Below are positions 10,952 to 20,811 of a stretch of DNA of 64,000 bases, piece by piece (the first letter of the stretch is position 1; each line of letters starts with the position of its first letter). A program made the position numbers and the translations under genes. The stretch is from an uncultured Candidatus Rokubacteria bacterium (GTDB taxonomy: Bacteria > Methylomirabilota > Methylomirabilia > Rokubacteriales > CSP1-6), in contig CAVWFS010000008.1 in assembly GCA_963754315.1 (NCBI GenBank), forward strand, positions 576,001 through 640,000, given 5' to 3'. The notes beneath the pieces are model-generated. The model had not been told where the DNA came from. It searched no databases and saw only the letters and a program-made list of their open reading frames with translations.

Positions 10952-11479
10952 CTATGGGAGCGGCTCGGTGAAGCTCGGCTCCGCGGGCTCGATCACCTCG
11001 TAGTCGCGTTCCCAGCCTTCGTTTTCTAGCTTGAGCATCTGGATGGCGACGCCGTTGCCGTTCGCATCCAGCTCCGGAAGGGCGTCGAACTCGGACACCC
11101 AGCAGCGGTACACGCGATAGGCCAGGGCGAGCTGCCCTGCCTCGTTGTAGAACTCGAGGATGATGTTCTTTCGAAAGTCTGCCAATGACACCTCGGCCCC
11201 GAGTCCGGCGCGAAAGTTCCAGACCTTGTTGGCCCACTTCTCGAACTCGGTGTCGTGAGTGACACCACGCTCCAGCGTTATCGCATCGTACTCGGTCCGC
11301 CCGGGCGACTTGCGGCTACTGCTGGGATCGCCACCCTCGCGGTGGGTCACCACCTCGGTCGTACGTTTCAGCGCGCTGACCTTGCTGATCCCCGCCACAT
11401 GGCGGTTGTCCCAGCGAACGCGAAACTTGAAGTTCTTGTACGGGTCGGCGCGTTGCGCGTTGACGGTGAACTGAGGCAT
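10952..11479 (-). CDS. contractile tail tube protein (T4 gp19-like; Afp1/5)
   Basis: DPYKNFKFRVRW...VAGISKVSALKRTTEVV.HREGG...KSPGRTEYDAITLERGVTHD..FE.WA...CWVSEF.ALPELDAN; GGAGG RBS. Confidence 0.95.
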   Translation of the reverse strand: MPQFTVNAQRADPYKNFKFRVRWDNRHVAGISKVSALKRTTEVVTHREGGDPSSSRKSPGRTEYDAITLERGVTHDTEFEKWANKVWNFRAGLGAEVSLADFRKNIILEFYNEAGQLALAYRVYRCWVSEFDALPELDANGNGVAIQMLKLENEGWERDYEVIEPAEPSFTEPLP

Positions 11480-11549
11480 CGCGACCTCCTGCGTTCAGTG
11501 GGCACGCACCAGGACGTGTCCGCCACGTCCGGCGCCGGGGATCAGTGGC

Positions 11550-13069
11550 TCACGCCGCGGCCTGACCAGCGAGCTGCTGGATCCGGATGATCACGAACTC
11601 GGCGGGCTTGAGCGGTGCGAATCCGACCAGGATGTTGACCACGCCGAGGTTGATGTCGTGCTGCGTGGTGGTTTCTCGATCACACTTCACCAGATACGCT
11701 TCGCGCGGCGTCAGGCCCTGGAAGGCGCCCTGTCGGAAGAGGCCCTGCATGAAGGCGCCCACGTTGAGCCGGATCTGCGCCCACAGCGGCTCGTCGTTGG
11801 GCTCGAAGACGACCCACTTGGTGCCGCGGAAGAGACTCTCCTCGATGAAGAGAGCGAGGCGCCGCACCGGGATGTATTTCCACTCCGAGCCGCGCTCGTC
11901 GTGGCCGTGGAGGGTCCGGGCGCCCCACACCACGGTGCCGTACACAGGAAACGTCCTGATGCAGTTGATCGCCTGCCTGTTCAAGGTGCCGTTCTCGCTG
12001 TCGGTGAGAATGACTCGGGGACGGAGCACTCCCGTCACGCTGGCATCCGTCCCCGCCGGCGCCTTGAACACGCCGCGAGTGGCGTCCGTACGCGCATACA
12101 CGCCGGCCACGAAGCCGCATGGGGGAAGCGCCCGCGGCCGCCCTTCCTGGCGCGGATCGGGCGCCTCCAGCCATGGGAAGTAGAAGGCGGCATTGATGGC
12201 GTCGTCTCCCGTGAGGCCCGACGACGGCCCGGGCTCGCAAGCTCGAGAAGGTCGCGTTGCTCGCGCAGTCGGCGATGAGGAAGGCGCGCCTCTCTCGACA
12301 GTAGTCCTGCAGCGTACCCAGCGTGGTGGCGTCGGTTAGGCCCGGAACACAGAGCAGGTTGAAAAGGTCGACGCGGTCGAGATGGTGGAAACCGCCTGTG
12401 GAGCTATTGAGCTGGTCGTGGAAGGCGGCGGTGGTCGGCTCGAGCACAGTGCCGTCGGAGCCACCCGCGAGCCTGGGCGACGGGGTCGGCGTGTTGGGGG
12501 GGACAGTACCGTCGGTGACGGCGACGTCGACGAGTTGGGATTCGGCGTTGACCACGGTCTGAACGAAGCGCCGGTCGGCGGTCGCCATGGAGAGGTTCTC
12601 GAATGACTCGACGATGACCTCGCTCGCCGGACCCGCCGGTGCGTAGACGACGGCCAGACGGAAACGGGTCGGGTCATCGGCGCGGACCCTGGTGACGATG
12701 CCGTAGTCGCGCGCCCACACGCCAGGGTTCTTCGCAGTGATGGTGAGACGGCCTACGTTGGGGATGGGCGCGGCGCGGATGCACCAAGGAGGCGGGGCTG
12801 GCCTGGTCCGTCAGCCGGATCACATACGCGTCGCTGCCGCCGTTGCCGAAGAACTGATAGACCGCGTAACCGAGCAAGCTGCGCGAATCGAGTCCGCCGA
12901 AGGATCGCTCGAAGTCCGGCCAGCTCAGTACGCGCTGCGCGCGATCGACCGGGCCTCTGGCCGACCAGCCGATGAAGGCAGTGATCGATGTAGCCACCCC
13001 GGTAATCGTCCTGACACCGCTCGGAATTTCTTCGATATAGACGCCGGGGTAACTGACCGTGACGGGCAT
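11550..13069 (-). CDS. contractile tail sheath protein (Afp2/3/4-like); frameshifts near 12780 and 12235
   Basis: N-terminal YPGVYIEEIPSGVRTITGVATSITAFIG; middle FNLLCVPG...YCRERRAFLIAD; C-terminal GVYARTD..RGVFKAPAG...VWGARTL...WKYIPVRR...FEPNDEPLW...GFAPLKPAEFV. Spread over three reading-frame segments. Confidence 0.93.
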
Positions 13070-13180
13070 CGCGGCCTCCCTCTCCAGACCGGAATCGTGG
13101 TTGGGGCGACCTCCGAGTTCGTGTCGCTAGAGGCTCCTAGCAGCGCTCTCGATCAACTCACACTCAAACGCCTTTCCTTG

Positions 13181-13210
13181 ACTGTGCATCCGGGTTCCCA
13201 AACTTGTCAA
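13181..13210 (-). promoter_or_regulatory. candidate sigma70-type promoter of the eCIS operon
   Basis: Minus strand TTGACA (13210-13205), 18-nt spacer, CACAGT (13186-13181), in an AT-richer intergenic region upstream of the sheath gene. Confidence 0.35.
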
Positions 13211-13288
13211 GGGCACCACAAATTACGTCAGTGAATGGCCCTAAATGGGATGTCTATGGGCGACCTGAAAATGGGGAACCCGAAAAGC

Positions 13289-13666
13289 TTAGAGTCGAGT
13301 TGTGGGGCGCGAGTACACCCAGAGGGCCTCGTGACGAGCGACACGCGCAAATCGGGTTCCGGAATTGACCAGCGCCTGCCACTCGCGCTCCGTGTAGACG
13401 AGCACGTCAGCCGGCACCGGGAGTCGCGTGAGGTCCCACGCAGCGCCACGGCGTACGAACGGAGTCGAAGATTCTCGCACCACGATGATGACGTCGAGGT
13501 CGCTGCCGACTCCCCAGTCTCCGCGCGCGTACGAGCCGAAGTAACCGACGCGAGCCAGATCGGGGCGGATGGCGGCCGTGCCTTCCGCCCAGTCGCTCAA
13601 GGCGCGGATGACCGTGGTCTTGTCAGGCCAGGTGAAGACGGACGAACTCAACGATCTCGCCGGCAA
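13289..13666 (-). CDS. minimal nucleotidyltransferase (MNT) antitoxin
   Basis: TTG start at 13666; GYFGSYARGDWGVGSDLDVIIV is the GS..RG.....SD.D MNT motif; overlaps the end of the HEPN gene. Confidence 0.88.
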   Translation of the reverse strand: MPARSLSSSVFTWPDKTTVIRALSDWAEGTAAIRPDLARVGYFGSYARGDWGVGSDLDVIIVVRESSTPFVRRGAAWDLTRLPVPADVLVYTEREWQALVNSGTRFARVARHEALWVYSRPTTRL

Positions 13667-13904
13667 ATTGCAGGGCCTCCTCACTCTGGATAGGGCCGTA
13701 GTGCTCGAACGGCGCGCCCTCCGGGTGGCTGTTCGGGCAGCGTGATGGGATGTAGGCGGTGTCAAGAACCTGCGCTTTGGCCACGAGGTGCGGAGGCTGG
13801 CCCCGACTCTGGCCGATGGAGATGCAGGGCCTTGACCGCTTCTCCGTGAAGGTGTCCAGGTCACGGAGGGCTTGATTGAACCAGTCACCAGCTCGGTTCG
13901 CCAT
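13623..13904 (-). pseudogene. HEPN-domain toxin, internally deleted and frameshifted
   Basis: MANRAGDWFNQALRDL and LDTAYIPSRCPNSHPEGAP...EALQFAGEIVEFV are HEPN-like. EKAVKALHLHR is recoverable only in a shifted frame, and the usual intervening helices are missing (93 aa). Confidence 0.7.
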
Positions 13905-13961
13905 CGGCCCTCAGGATACGCGCCCCTTCGCGAGCGCGTCCATTTCGTTCAGGACGTCTCG

Positions 13962-14978
13962 TCAGCCTGAGGGCGCGAAGCCGTGGGCCTGCATGGCGCG
14001 CCGGTACGCGACGGCCAGCGCGTCGAACGTCAAGTGGAGCTCATCGGCCAGATCGAACGGCACCTGCTCCGGGCGCTGTGACTCGACCACGCGCTGGTCC
14101 TGGTCGAAGATGGTGCGCTCGAACGCTTGCATGACCTCGTCGGGCTGGTCGAGGTTGTAGTTACGGGCAACGAGGCAGTAGCCGACGCAGGAGTCCTCGG
14201 CAACCGGCTGTGAGGCAAAGAAGTAGAGCATTTTCTCGTCCCCACCCCAGTCGATGTGCTCGACGATCGTGTAGGGCAGGTGCAGGGCGTAGCGCGTGGT
14301 GCGCGTGGGCGCCTTCCGCTCCTCGGCTGCGAACACGGGAAAATCCTCGGTGTTCGGGGCATCCGGTCGCACGTACTCGTACCGGAGCACGTGTCCTTCC
14401 CGCTGCACCGAATAGGGCGCCACCACAGCCTGCGCCGGATCTCCCAGCAAGCCCTCGTGCACGAAGGCGAAGTGGCCGAAGTCGGTGAAGTTTTCGATCT
14501 GGCGCGAGGCATCGCAGCGCCAGGCGAAGGGGCCGGTGGCTACCACGCGCCAGTGCGCGTCCTCCAGCTCCGACACATCAGGTAACGACCAGCAGGGATC
14601 ATCGAGGGCGACCCAGAGGAGACCGTAGCGCTGCCGGCAACGATAGGCGGTCGCCCGAGCCTTGGCGGGGACGCGCGTGGGATCCTGCAGTTGGGGGATG
14701 GCGCTGCAGGAGCCGTCTCTCCGATAGCGCCAGCCGTGGTAAGGGCAGACGATCTCGTCGCCCGCGACGCGGCCCAGCGAAAGCGCGGTGCCCCGATGGC
14801 TGCAGACGTCGCGGAAGGCATGGGCCACCCCCTGAGAATCCCGCCAGAGCGCGAGCGGCTCGCCGAGCAGGGTTGCGGATCGAGGTCGCTCCGTCACCTC
14901 GTGCTCGTAAGCCACCGGATGCCAGCAACGCCGGAGGGCGGCCAGGTGTGGAGCCATCGAGACCGGCGCGGTGCTCAT
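13962..14978 (-). CDS. Rieske non-heme iron oxygenase alpha subunit (VanA-like O/N-demethylase family)
   Basis: CSHRG...CPYHGW Rieske motif; ENFTDFGHFAFVH mononuclear iron site; C-terminal DQDQRVVESQ. Confidence 0.9.
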   Translation of the reverse strand: MSTAPVSMAPHLAALRRCWHPVAYEHEVTERPRSATLLGEPLALWRDSQGVAHAFRDVCSHRGTALSLGRVAGDEIVCPYHGWRYRRDGSCSAIPQLQDPTRVPAKARATAYRCRQRYGLLWVALDDPCWSLPDVSELEDAHWRVVATGPFAWRCDASRQIENFTDFGHFAFVHEGLLGDPAQAVVAPYSVQREGHVLRYEYVRPDAPNTEDFPVFAAEERKAPTRTTRYALHLPYTIVEHIDWGGDEKMLYFFASQPVAEDSCVGYCLVARNYNLDQPDEVMQAFERTIFDQDQRVVESQRPEQVPFDLADELHLTFDALAVAYRRAMQAHGFAPSG

Positions 14979-15059
14979 CGCGTGCGATCGTACGCCCATC
15001 GGCGACCTCGACGAAAGCGGTGTCCGTCATGGGGCGCCCGCCGTCTTACAATGCCGGCC

Positions 15060-16058
15060 ATGACCTCGTCGCGGATCGGCATTGCGTTCACGGGTGGGCT
15101 GACTCCGCCCGAGATCGTCGAGTGCGTCAGGCTGGCGGAGGAGCTCGGCTACGAGTCGGCATGGATGACGGAGGGGCACGGAGGCGACCAGTTTGCCATC
15201 CTCGCCGCGTGTGCCGTGGCCACTCGGACCATCAAGCTCGGCACCGCCATCAGCAGCGTCTTCGTGCGGAGTGCGCCCACCATCGCCATGGCCGCGGCCA
15301 CCGTCGATCACCTGTCGGGCGGGCGGTTTGTCCTTGGCCTCGGGTCGAGCCACCGCGTCCAGGTCGAGGGCGAGCACGGCATCCCGTTCGTCCAGCCGGT
15401 CCAGCGTCTGCGGGAGACGATCGAGATCGTGCGGGCACTCCTCCGCGACGGCACCGTGTCCTTTCAGGGTCGCGTTATCGGAATCGAACGCTTTGATCTC
15501 TGGTTCACCCCGGGCCGTCGAGAGATTCCCGTCTTCGTGGCGGCGCTCTTTGGGCCCCTCCTGGAGGCCTGTGGGGAGATGGCCAACGGCGTCATCCTGA
15601 CCTGGAGTACCTTGGAGGCCGCCCGCCGGGCGGCCGAACCTGTCACGAGAGGGGCGCACCGGGCTGGGCGCCGCCCGGAGGACGTCGAGATCGTCTCGCT
15701 GCTGCCGTGCTACGTGGCTGCGAGCCGCGCGGAAGCGCGTGATCAGATGCGCCCGTCGGTGGCGCTCTATGCGGGGTTCTTCCCCCGCTACAATCGCTTG
15801 CTCGCCGAGAGCGGGTTCCCCGACGCGGCCCGCGCCATCAAGCGGGAGTGGGACACGGGCGATCGAACCGCAGCCGCCCGGGCCGTGCCCGATTCGCTCG
15901 TGGACGCGGTGGCGGTCGTCGGCACTCCCGACGAATGCCGGACGCGGGTCGAAGAGTATCGCCACGCGGGGCTGGCGCTGCCCATCATCAGTCCACGGGC
16001 CAGCGGCCCCGCCGGCAAGCACATGGTCATGCAGGCCTTGCGGGCGTGCGCGCCATGA
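15060..16058 (+). CDS. LLM-class flavin-dependent oxidoreductase
   Basis: AEELGYESAWMTE...KLGTAI...RSAPTIAMAAATVDHLSGGRFVLGLG luciferase-like motifs. Confidence 0.88.
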   Translation: MTSSRIGIAFTGGLTPPEIVECVRLAEELGYESAWMTEGHGGDQFAILAACAVATRTIKLGTAISSVFVRSAPTIAMAAATVDHLSGGRFVLGLGSSHRVQVEGEHGIPFVQPVQRLRETIEIVRALLRDGTVSFQGRVIGIERFDLWFTPGRREIPVFVAALFGPLLEACGEMANGVILTWSTLEAARRAAEPVTRGAHRAGRRPEDVEIVSLLPCYVAASRAEARDQMRPSVALYAGFFPRYNRLLAESGFPDAARAIKREWDTGDRTAAARAVPDSLVDAVAVVGTPDECRTRVEEYRHAGLALPIISPRASGPAGKHMVMQALRACAP

Positions 16059-16552
16059 GTGATGTCCCGGCCCCGCTTGACCTCTATCGTGACGTGGTGA
16101 GATCCGACTGGATTGACCACAACGGACACATGAACGTGGGCTACTACCTGGTGGTCTTCGACTTCGCCACCGACGCCTGGATGGACTTCATCGGGCTGAC
16201 CCGCGCCCACCGCCGGGCGCACGGAGTGAGCACGTTCTGCCTGGAAGCCCACGTCACCTACGCGCGGGAAGTGGGCAAGGGCGATCCGCTCCGCTTCACC
16301 ACGCGCCTGTTGGACTATGATGAAAAGCGCATCCACTACTTCCACGAGATGTACCACGCCACCGAGGGCTACCTGGCATCCACGAACGAGCTCATGTCAT
16401 TGCACGTGAGCCAGGAGACCCGGCGGGCAGCCCCCATGGCGCCCTCGGTCCTCGAATGGCTGGCGCGGGTCAGAGAAGCGCACGCGATCTTGCCGCCCTC
16501 GCCCCACGTTGGCCGCGTCATGGGCCTTCGCGCGAAACCGACCACCCGGTAG
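16055..16552 (+). CDS. thioesterase (4HBT/hotdog family)
   Basis: WIDHNGHMNVGYY motif; ATGA overlap with the upstream gene. Confidence 0.85.
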   Translation: MSDVPAPLDLYRDVVRSDWIDHNGHMNVGYYLVVFDFATDAWMDFIGLTRAHRRAHGVSTFCLEAHVTYAREVGKGDPLRFTTRLLDYDEKRIHYFHEMYHATEGYLASTNELMSLHVSQETRRAAPMAPSVLEWLARVREAHAILPPSPHVGRVMGLRAKPTTR

Positions 16553-16561
16553 AGGAGAACC

Positions 16562-16834
16562 ATGCTGTACATGATCATCGAGCGCTTCAAGGATCGAAAC
16601 GCGGTGCCCGTGTATCGGCGCTTTCGCGATCAGGGCCGGCTGGCCCCCGACGGGCTCACGTACATCTCGAGCTGGGTCACCACGGACCTCACGACGTGCT
16701 ATCAGCTCATGGAATGCGGGGATCCGAAGCTGCTGGAACGGTGGACCGAGCGCTGGCGCGATCTGGTGGACTTTGAGGTTTTGCCCGTCATCACCTCGGC
16801 GGAAGCCGTCAAGCAGATCGCGCCGCGGCTGTAG
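16562..16834 (+). CDS. DUF3303-like small protein
   Basis: MLYMIIERF...VYRRFRDQGR..PDGL.YISSWV...CYQLME...W.DLVDFEVLPV; AGGAG RBS. Confidence 0.75.
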   Translation: MLYMIIERFKDRNAVPVYRRFRDQGRLAPDGLTYISSWVTTDLTTCYQLMECGDPKLLERWTERWRDLVDFEVLPVITSAEAVKQIAPRL

Positions 16835-17720
16835 CCGCGACGGCTGGACGAATTTTGGTCGCCACCAGGTCCAGAAGCTCCAGCATCTTCCCGAGGTCGT
16901 CGCGTCGAAAATCGATCACGAGGTGATGCAGACCGAGCCGCTTGTAGGCGGCGAGCCGGTCGATGACGACCTGAGCTCCCTGGGCCAAGAGATCGTCAGT
17001 GAGGCTGAAGCGCAGCGACAGCGTGATCGACTCCCACGGGCGCTTGGCGGCGTCTGCCACGCTGCGCAGACGCTCCAGCCCCTCGCGCAACTCGTCGGGT
17101 GTCTTGGACGTCGCGTGCCAGCCGTCGCCGAGAGCGACCACGCGCTGGAGCGCGCCCTGGCTATCGCCGCCCACCCACAGGGGCGGGTGAGGCTTCTGCA
17201 CGGGCTTGGGAGCGAAGCCGAGGTCACGGAAACGGAAGAAGTCGCCCTCGAAGCGCGGATTGTTTGCCGTCCACAGCTCCTTGAGGATCTTGACGATCTC
17301 GTCGGCCTGCCGTCCGCGCCTGTGGAAGGGTACCCCCAGGATCTCCAGTTCCTCCTTCCACCAGCCCACGCCGATCCCGCAGATCAGCCGCCCTTCAGAG
17401 AGTGTGTCGATGGTGGTGAGCATCTTGGCCATCACCACGGGGTGGCGATGGCCGAGGATGAACACCGACGCTCCCAGCCGCGCCTCGGTCGTGCAGACGG
17501 CAGCGGCGGCCAGGGCGGCTACCGGCTCGAGATAGGCCTTGTCGGGCGGGTGGGGGAAACGCCCACCCGGATAGCTGCCCGTCGCCGAGCGGGGGAACAC
17601 CACATGATCGCTCACCCAGAGCGATGCCATGTGGTGCCGCTCCGCCTCACGCGCGAACGTCAGCAGGGCCGCGCGGGTCGCCACGGGGCCCTGCGTGGGG
17701 AGATGACAGCCGATGTCCAT
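16809..17720 (-). CDS. LLM-class (putatively F420-dependent) oxidoreductase
   Basis: SLWVSDHVVFP...LSEGRLICGIGVGWWKEE...PKPVQKPHPPLWVGG. Confidence 0.88.
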   Translation of the reverse strand: MDIGCHLPTQGPVATRAALLTFAREAERHHMASLWVSDHVVFPRSATGSYPGGRFPHPPDKAYLEPVAALAAAAVCTTEARLGASVFILGHRHPVVMAKMLTTIDTLSEGRLICGIGVGWWKEELEILGVPFHRRGRQADEIVKILKELWTANNPRFEGDFFRFRDLGFAPKPVQKPHPPLWVGGDSQGALQRVVALGDGWHATSKTPDELREGLERLRSVADAAKRPWESITLSLRFSLTDDLLAQGAQVVIDRLAAYKRLGLHHLVIDFRRDDLGKMLELLDLVATKIRPAVAATAAARSA

Positions 17721-17727
17721 CGCGGTC

Positions 17728-18885
17728 CTACTTGTCGGCGATGCGGACAGCCGCGGAGCCACCGTTCAGCTTGATTTGATGGCCGGAGTCCTTGAGGGTG
17801 GTCCCGTTCCAGTCGAAGATCTGGAGGTTCTTTTCGACCATGTTGCCGACCAGAATGATCCGCCCGTCCGTCGAGAACGCCACGCCTTGTGACCAGTGGC
17901 CGATGGGGGCCTCCGCCACCTTGGTGAGCTTGGTGCCATCGGCGCGGAAGAGCACGAGCTTGCCGTTGTCGGCGAAGAACGGCGACGTTTTCGCCTTGTT
18001 GCTGCCGTTCATGACCACCACGCCCACCCACTTGCCGTCGGGGGAGATCTTGATGCCTTCCGGAGTCTGACCGACCGTGATGGTGTCGACCACCCGTACG
18101 GGCTTTGCCTGCATGTCCATCACGCTGATGGTGTCGCTGTCTCCGCCGCCCCGGCCGATGTTGGCCACCACCGCGTACTTGCCGTCCGAGCTGATGTCGA
18201 GGCCGTAGGGGCGAAGGCCGGCGTTCACATCGCGCTTGGTGTACTCGACCTTGGTGCCGTCGACGGACAGCACGGAGACCCGATCGTCGCCGTCGCGCGA
18301 GACGAGGGCAGTCTTGCCGTCGGGGCTGAACGCCACGTGACTGGCGCCGATCTTCTCGTCGCCGAGCTTGAGGGTGCCCGCGGGAGTCACCGTCTTGCCA
18401 GCGATGGTGAAGATCGACAGCGTGCCCTCCGAGCGGTTGGCCACGATGGCGAGGTTGCCCTGCCGGTTGATGGAGAGCCCTGCCGGTCCCTTGCCCGTCT
18501 CCAGGGTGGCAACGACTTGAGGCGGAGAGGCCTTCAGATCGATGACCGACAGACGGTTGTCCGGAATCTGCTTGGTCGGGTCGCTCGGATCGATCTTCAT
18601 GGCAGCGGTGACGAGGGCGAGGCTCTCGTCCGGAGTGATGGCCACGCTCAAGGGGGGACCCACCACGCTCGTGGGCGCAGTGATCTCCGCGACCAGTCGC
18701 GGCGGATATTGCCGCATGTCGATCACGGACACCGTGTCCACCGCCGGATTCCGGACGACGGTACCCACACCGTCGACGAGCACGACTTTGTTGTCGTTGG
18801 CGGAAAGAGCCAGCTGGGCTTCCGCCGTGACTGGGCCCAGTCCCAAGGTTACGAAGAGCAACGCGGGCAACACGAGACGCATCAT
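17728..18885 (-). CDS. secreted YncE/YVTN-type beta-propeller protein
   Basis: Signal peptide MMRLVLPALLFVTLGLGPVTAEA; repeated P.G..ISPDGK-type blades; AAGGAGG RBS. Confidence 0.85.
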   Translation of the reverse strand: MMRLVLPALLFVTLGLGPVTAEAQLALSANDNKVVLVDGVGTVVRNPAVDTVSVIDMRQYPPRLVAEITAPTSVVGPPLSVAITPDESLALVTAAMKIDPSDPTKQIPDNRLSVIDLKASPPQVVATLETGKGPAGLSINRQGNLAIVANRSEGTLSIFTIAGKTVTPAGTLKLGDEKIGASHVAFSPDGKTALVSRDGDDRVSVLSVDGTKVEYTKRDVNAGLRPYGLDISSDGKYAVVANIGRGGGDSDTISVMDMQAKPVRVVDTITVGQTPEGIKISPDGKWVGVVVMNGSNKAKTSPFFADNGKLVLFRADGTKLTKVAEAPIGHWSQGVAFSTDGRIILVGNMVEKNLQIFDWNGTTLKDSGHQIKLNGGSAAVRIADK

Positions 18886-18968
18886 TGCAGCCTCCTTGCA
18901 CGCCCTGGATGGACTCGGCGATCTTAGTCGACCTTTCCACCAGCCGGCAAGGCCGCTACCATGCGGGC

Positions 18969-19613
18969 ATGGACCCGCCCTGGGAGCATCCCGACTGGTA
19001 TGACCTTCACGACACGGCCTGGACTGCCGGCTCCGAGCGGGAGCCGGAGCACTACCGCGAGCTGGTCCTCGCGCTGCCACCCCTCGGCAGGGAGGATCAT
19101 CTGGTCGACGTGGGGGCGGGAACGGGCAAACTCGCGGCCCTTATCGCGCGCGGCTACCCTCGCCTCGGGCGAGTGACCTTGCTGGAGCCGAACGCCGACA
19201 AGGTCGAGCGTGCGGTCGCACGGGTCCGCGAGATCCTGCCGAGCTCCACGGTGGAGCCAGTCCGGCATGGAATCGGCGAGGGCCGGCCGCTCGCTGATCT
19301 CGGGGCGACGGTGGCCACGGTGGGCAGCGTCTTCATGCCCATGCTCGAGCTGCGCGGCGGTTCGCTGGCCGATGGCCTCCGCTGGTTGCGGGCATCGCTC
19401 GAGGATATCCGCGCAATGCTTCGCCCCGGCGGCTGGCTCTACGTCCTCGAGACGTTGGCCGCACCCTGGGTCGGCGGCACGCTCGACGACCCTGCACGCC
19501 GCCTTACGATGGCAGAGCTGTCAGCCGAGATCGGTCGCGCCGACTTCGAAGCGCTGGAGTGCGTCTACCGTTTTCGCGACCGCGTGACCTTCCGCGCCCG
19601 CCGGCCCGCCTAG
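18969..19613 (+). CDS. class I SAM-dependent methyltransferase
   Basis: LVDVGAGTGK motif I; LRPGGWLYV post-motif. Confidence 0.8.
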   Translation: MDPPWEHPDWYDLHDTAWTAGSEREPEHYRELVLALPPLGREDHLVDVGAGTGKLAALIARGYPRLGRVTLLEPNADKVERAVARVREILPSSTVEPVRHGIGEGRPLADLGATVATVGSVFMPMLELRGGSLADGLRWLRASLEDIRAMLRPGGWLYVLETLAAPWVGGTLDDPARRLTMAELSAEIGRADFEALECVYRFRDRVTFRARRPA

Positions 19614-19617
19614 CTTC

Positions 19618-19690
19618 GGGGGGCCCTTTCGAGGCCCCGCCGGCTGGCGCGATCCAGAGGGGTGCCACGGGGGCCCTTTCGAGGCCCCCC
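19618..19690 (+). repeat. GC-rich palindromic intergenic element (copy 1; two hairpin units)
   Basis: GGGGGCCCTTTCGAGGCCCC occurs exactly twice (19619-19638 and 19669-19688), separated by GATCCAGAGGGGTGCCAC, which is shared with copies 2 and 3; lies between convergent genes. Confidence 0.85.
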
Positions 19691-19696
19691 ATATGA

Positions 19697-20788
19697 TCAA
19701 TACCGCTCTAGATCCAGATCGAGCAGGGGGAATGCGCTCGTCGCGTGAGCCGGACCCACTGGTGTCGCGGCGTGCAGATACGAGCGGTCCAGGGCGGCCA
19801 GGTTGCTCACGCCGAGCAGGCCCATGCAGATACGGATCTCGTCCTCCAGGAGCTCCAGTGCGCGCACCAGACCAGGCGCCCCTGCTGCAGCGAGCCCGAG
19901 GCACTCGAGCCGGCCCACGCCCACCGCGTTCGCCCCGAGAGCGATCGCCTTGACGACATCGGTCCCCCGCAAGAAACCTCCATCGACGATGATTGCCGCG
20001 TGCCCGGCTACCGCAGCGACGACCTCGGGCAGAACCTCGATGCTGCCGCGCCCGTGATCGAGCTGGCGTCCTCCGTGGTTGGAAACGTAAACGACCTCCA
20101 CGCCGTGCTCACACGCCATGACGGCGTCCTCGGCCGTGGCGATGCCTTTCAGGATCAGCGGCACATCGTGCTTGTCCTTGAAGCGCTTCACGTGTTCCCA
20201 GCTCAACGCCGCCTGGAACTCTTGACCGCTTGCCCGCGTCCGCCAGGGCTTCACGAAGCGCCGGGCCAGATCACGCTCGCGACGGCTGTACGAGGCGGTG
20301 TCCACGGTGAGGCAAAAGGCCGCGTAGCCGTTGTCGATGGCGCGCTTGACGTGGTCGTCCACCCACCCGTCGTCGCCCCGGACGTAGAGCTGGAAGATAC
20401 GGAAGTTATCGGCGGCCGCGGCCACCGCCTCCAGACCGGGGTTGCACACGGAGCTCAGCATCTGGGGGACGCCGAACTCGGCAGAGGCTTGCGCCGCCGT
20501 GGCTCCTCCGCCCGCCGTGAATGTCTCGATGGAGCCGATGGGGGCCAGCATCACCGGAATGCGAGCGGGTCGACCGAGGAGGGTCGTCTTGCAGTCGATC
20601 CTGGATACGTCCCTCAGAACGCGCGGTCTGAACGCCAGCGCGTCGAGCGCCTGGCGGTTGCGCCGGAGTGTCGTCTCCGTCTCCGCCCCGCCCACCAGAT
20701 AGTCCCACGGTCCGGGCGCCAGGTTGACGCGGGCGGCCTTCACGATTTCGTGCAAGGTCTGGAACTTGTCGTCGAGGTTGGAAGCCAT
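19697..20788 (-). CDS. FMN-dependent alpha-hydroxy acid oxidase/dehydrogenase
   Basis: GGAETETTLRRN...RPRVLRDV...LILKGI...VSNHGGRQLD...DGGFLRGTDVVKAIALGA. Confidence 0.93.
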   Translation of the reverse strand: MASNLDDKFQTLHEIVKAARVNLAPGPWDYLVGGAETETTLRRNRQALDALAFRPRVLRDVSRIDCKTTLLGRPARIPVMLAPIGSIETFTAGGGATAAQASAEFGVPQMLSSVCNPGLEAVAAAADNFRIFQLYVRGDDGWVDDHVKRAIDNGYAAFCLTVDTASYSRRERDLARRFVKPWRTRASGQEFQAALSWEHVKRFKDKHDVPLILKGIATAEDAVMACEHGVEVVYVSNHGGRQLDHGRGSIEVLPEVVAAVAGHAAIIVDGGFLRGTDVVKAIALGANAVGVGRLECLGLAAAGAPGLVRALELLEDEIRICMGLLGVSNLAALDRSYLHAATPVGPAHATSAFPLLDLDLERY

Positions 20789-20811
20789 GTTGCTTGATAT
20801 AGCATAAGTTC

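Noticed and set aside
11550..13069. Three separate sheath genes or programmed frameshifting
   Set aside because: The pieces are consecutive, non-redundant parts of one ~500-aa sheath. I saw no slippery heptamer, and similar breaks occur throughout the window.
19618..19690. Mini CRISPR array (20-bp repeat, 30-bp spacer)
   Set aside because: There are only two units and no cas genes, and the 'spacer' is itself part of the dispersed repeat seen at 25572 and 46829.
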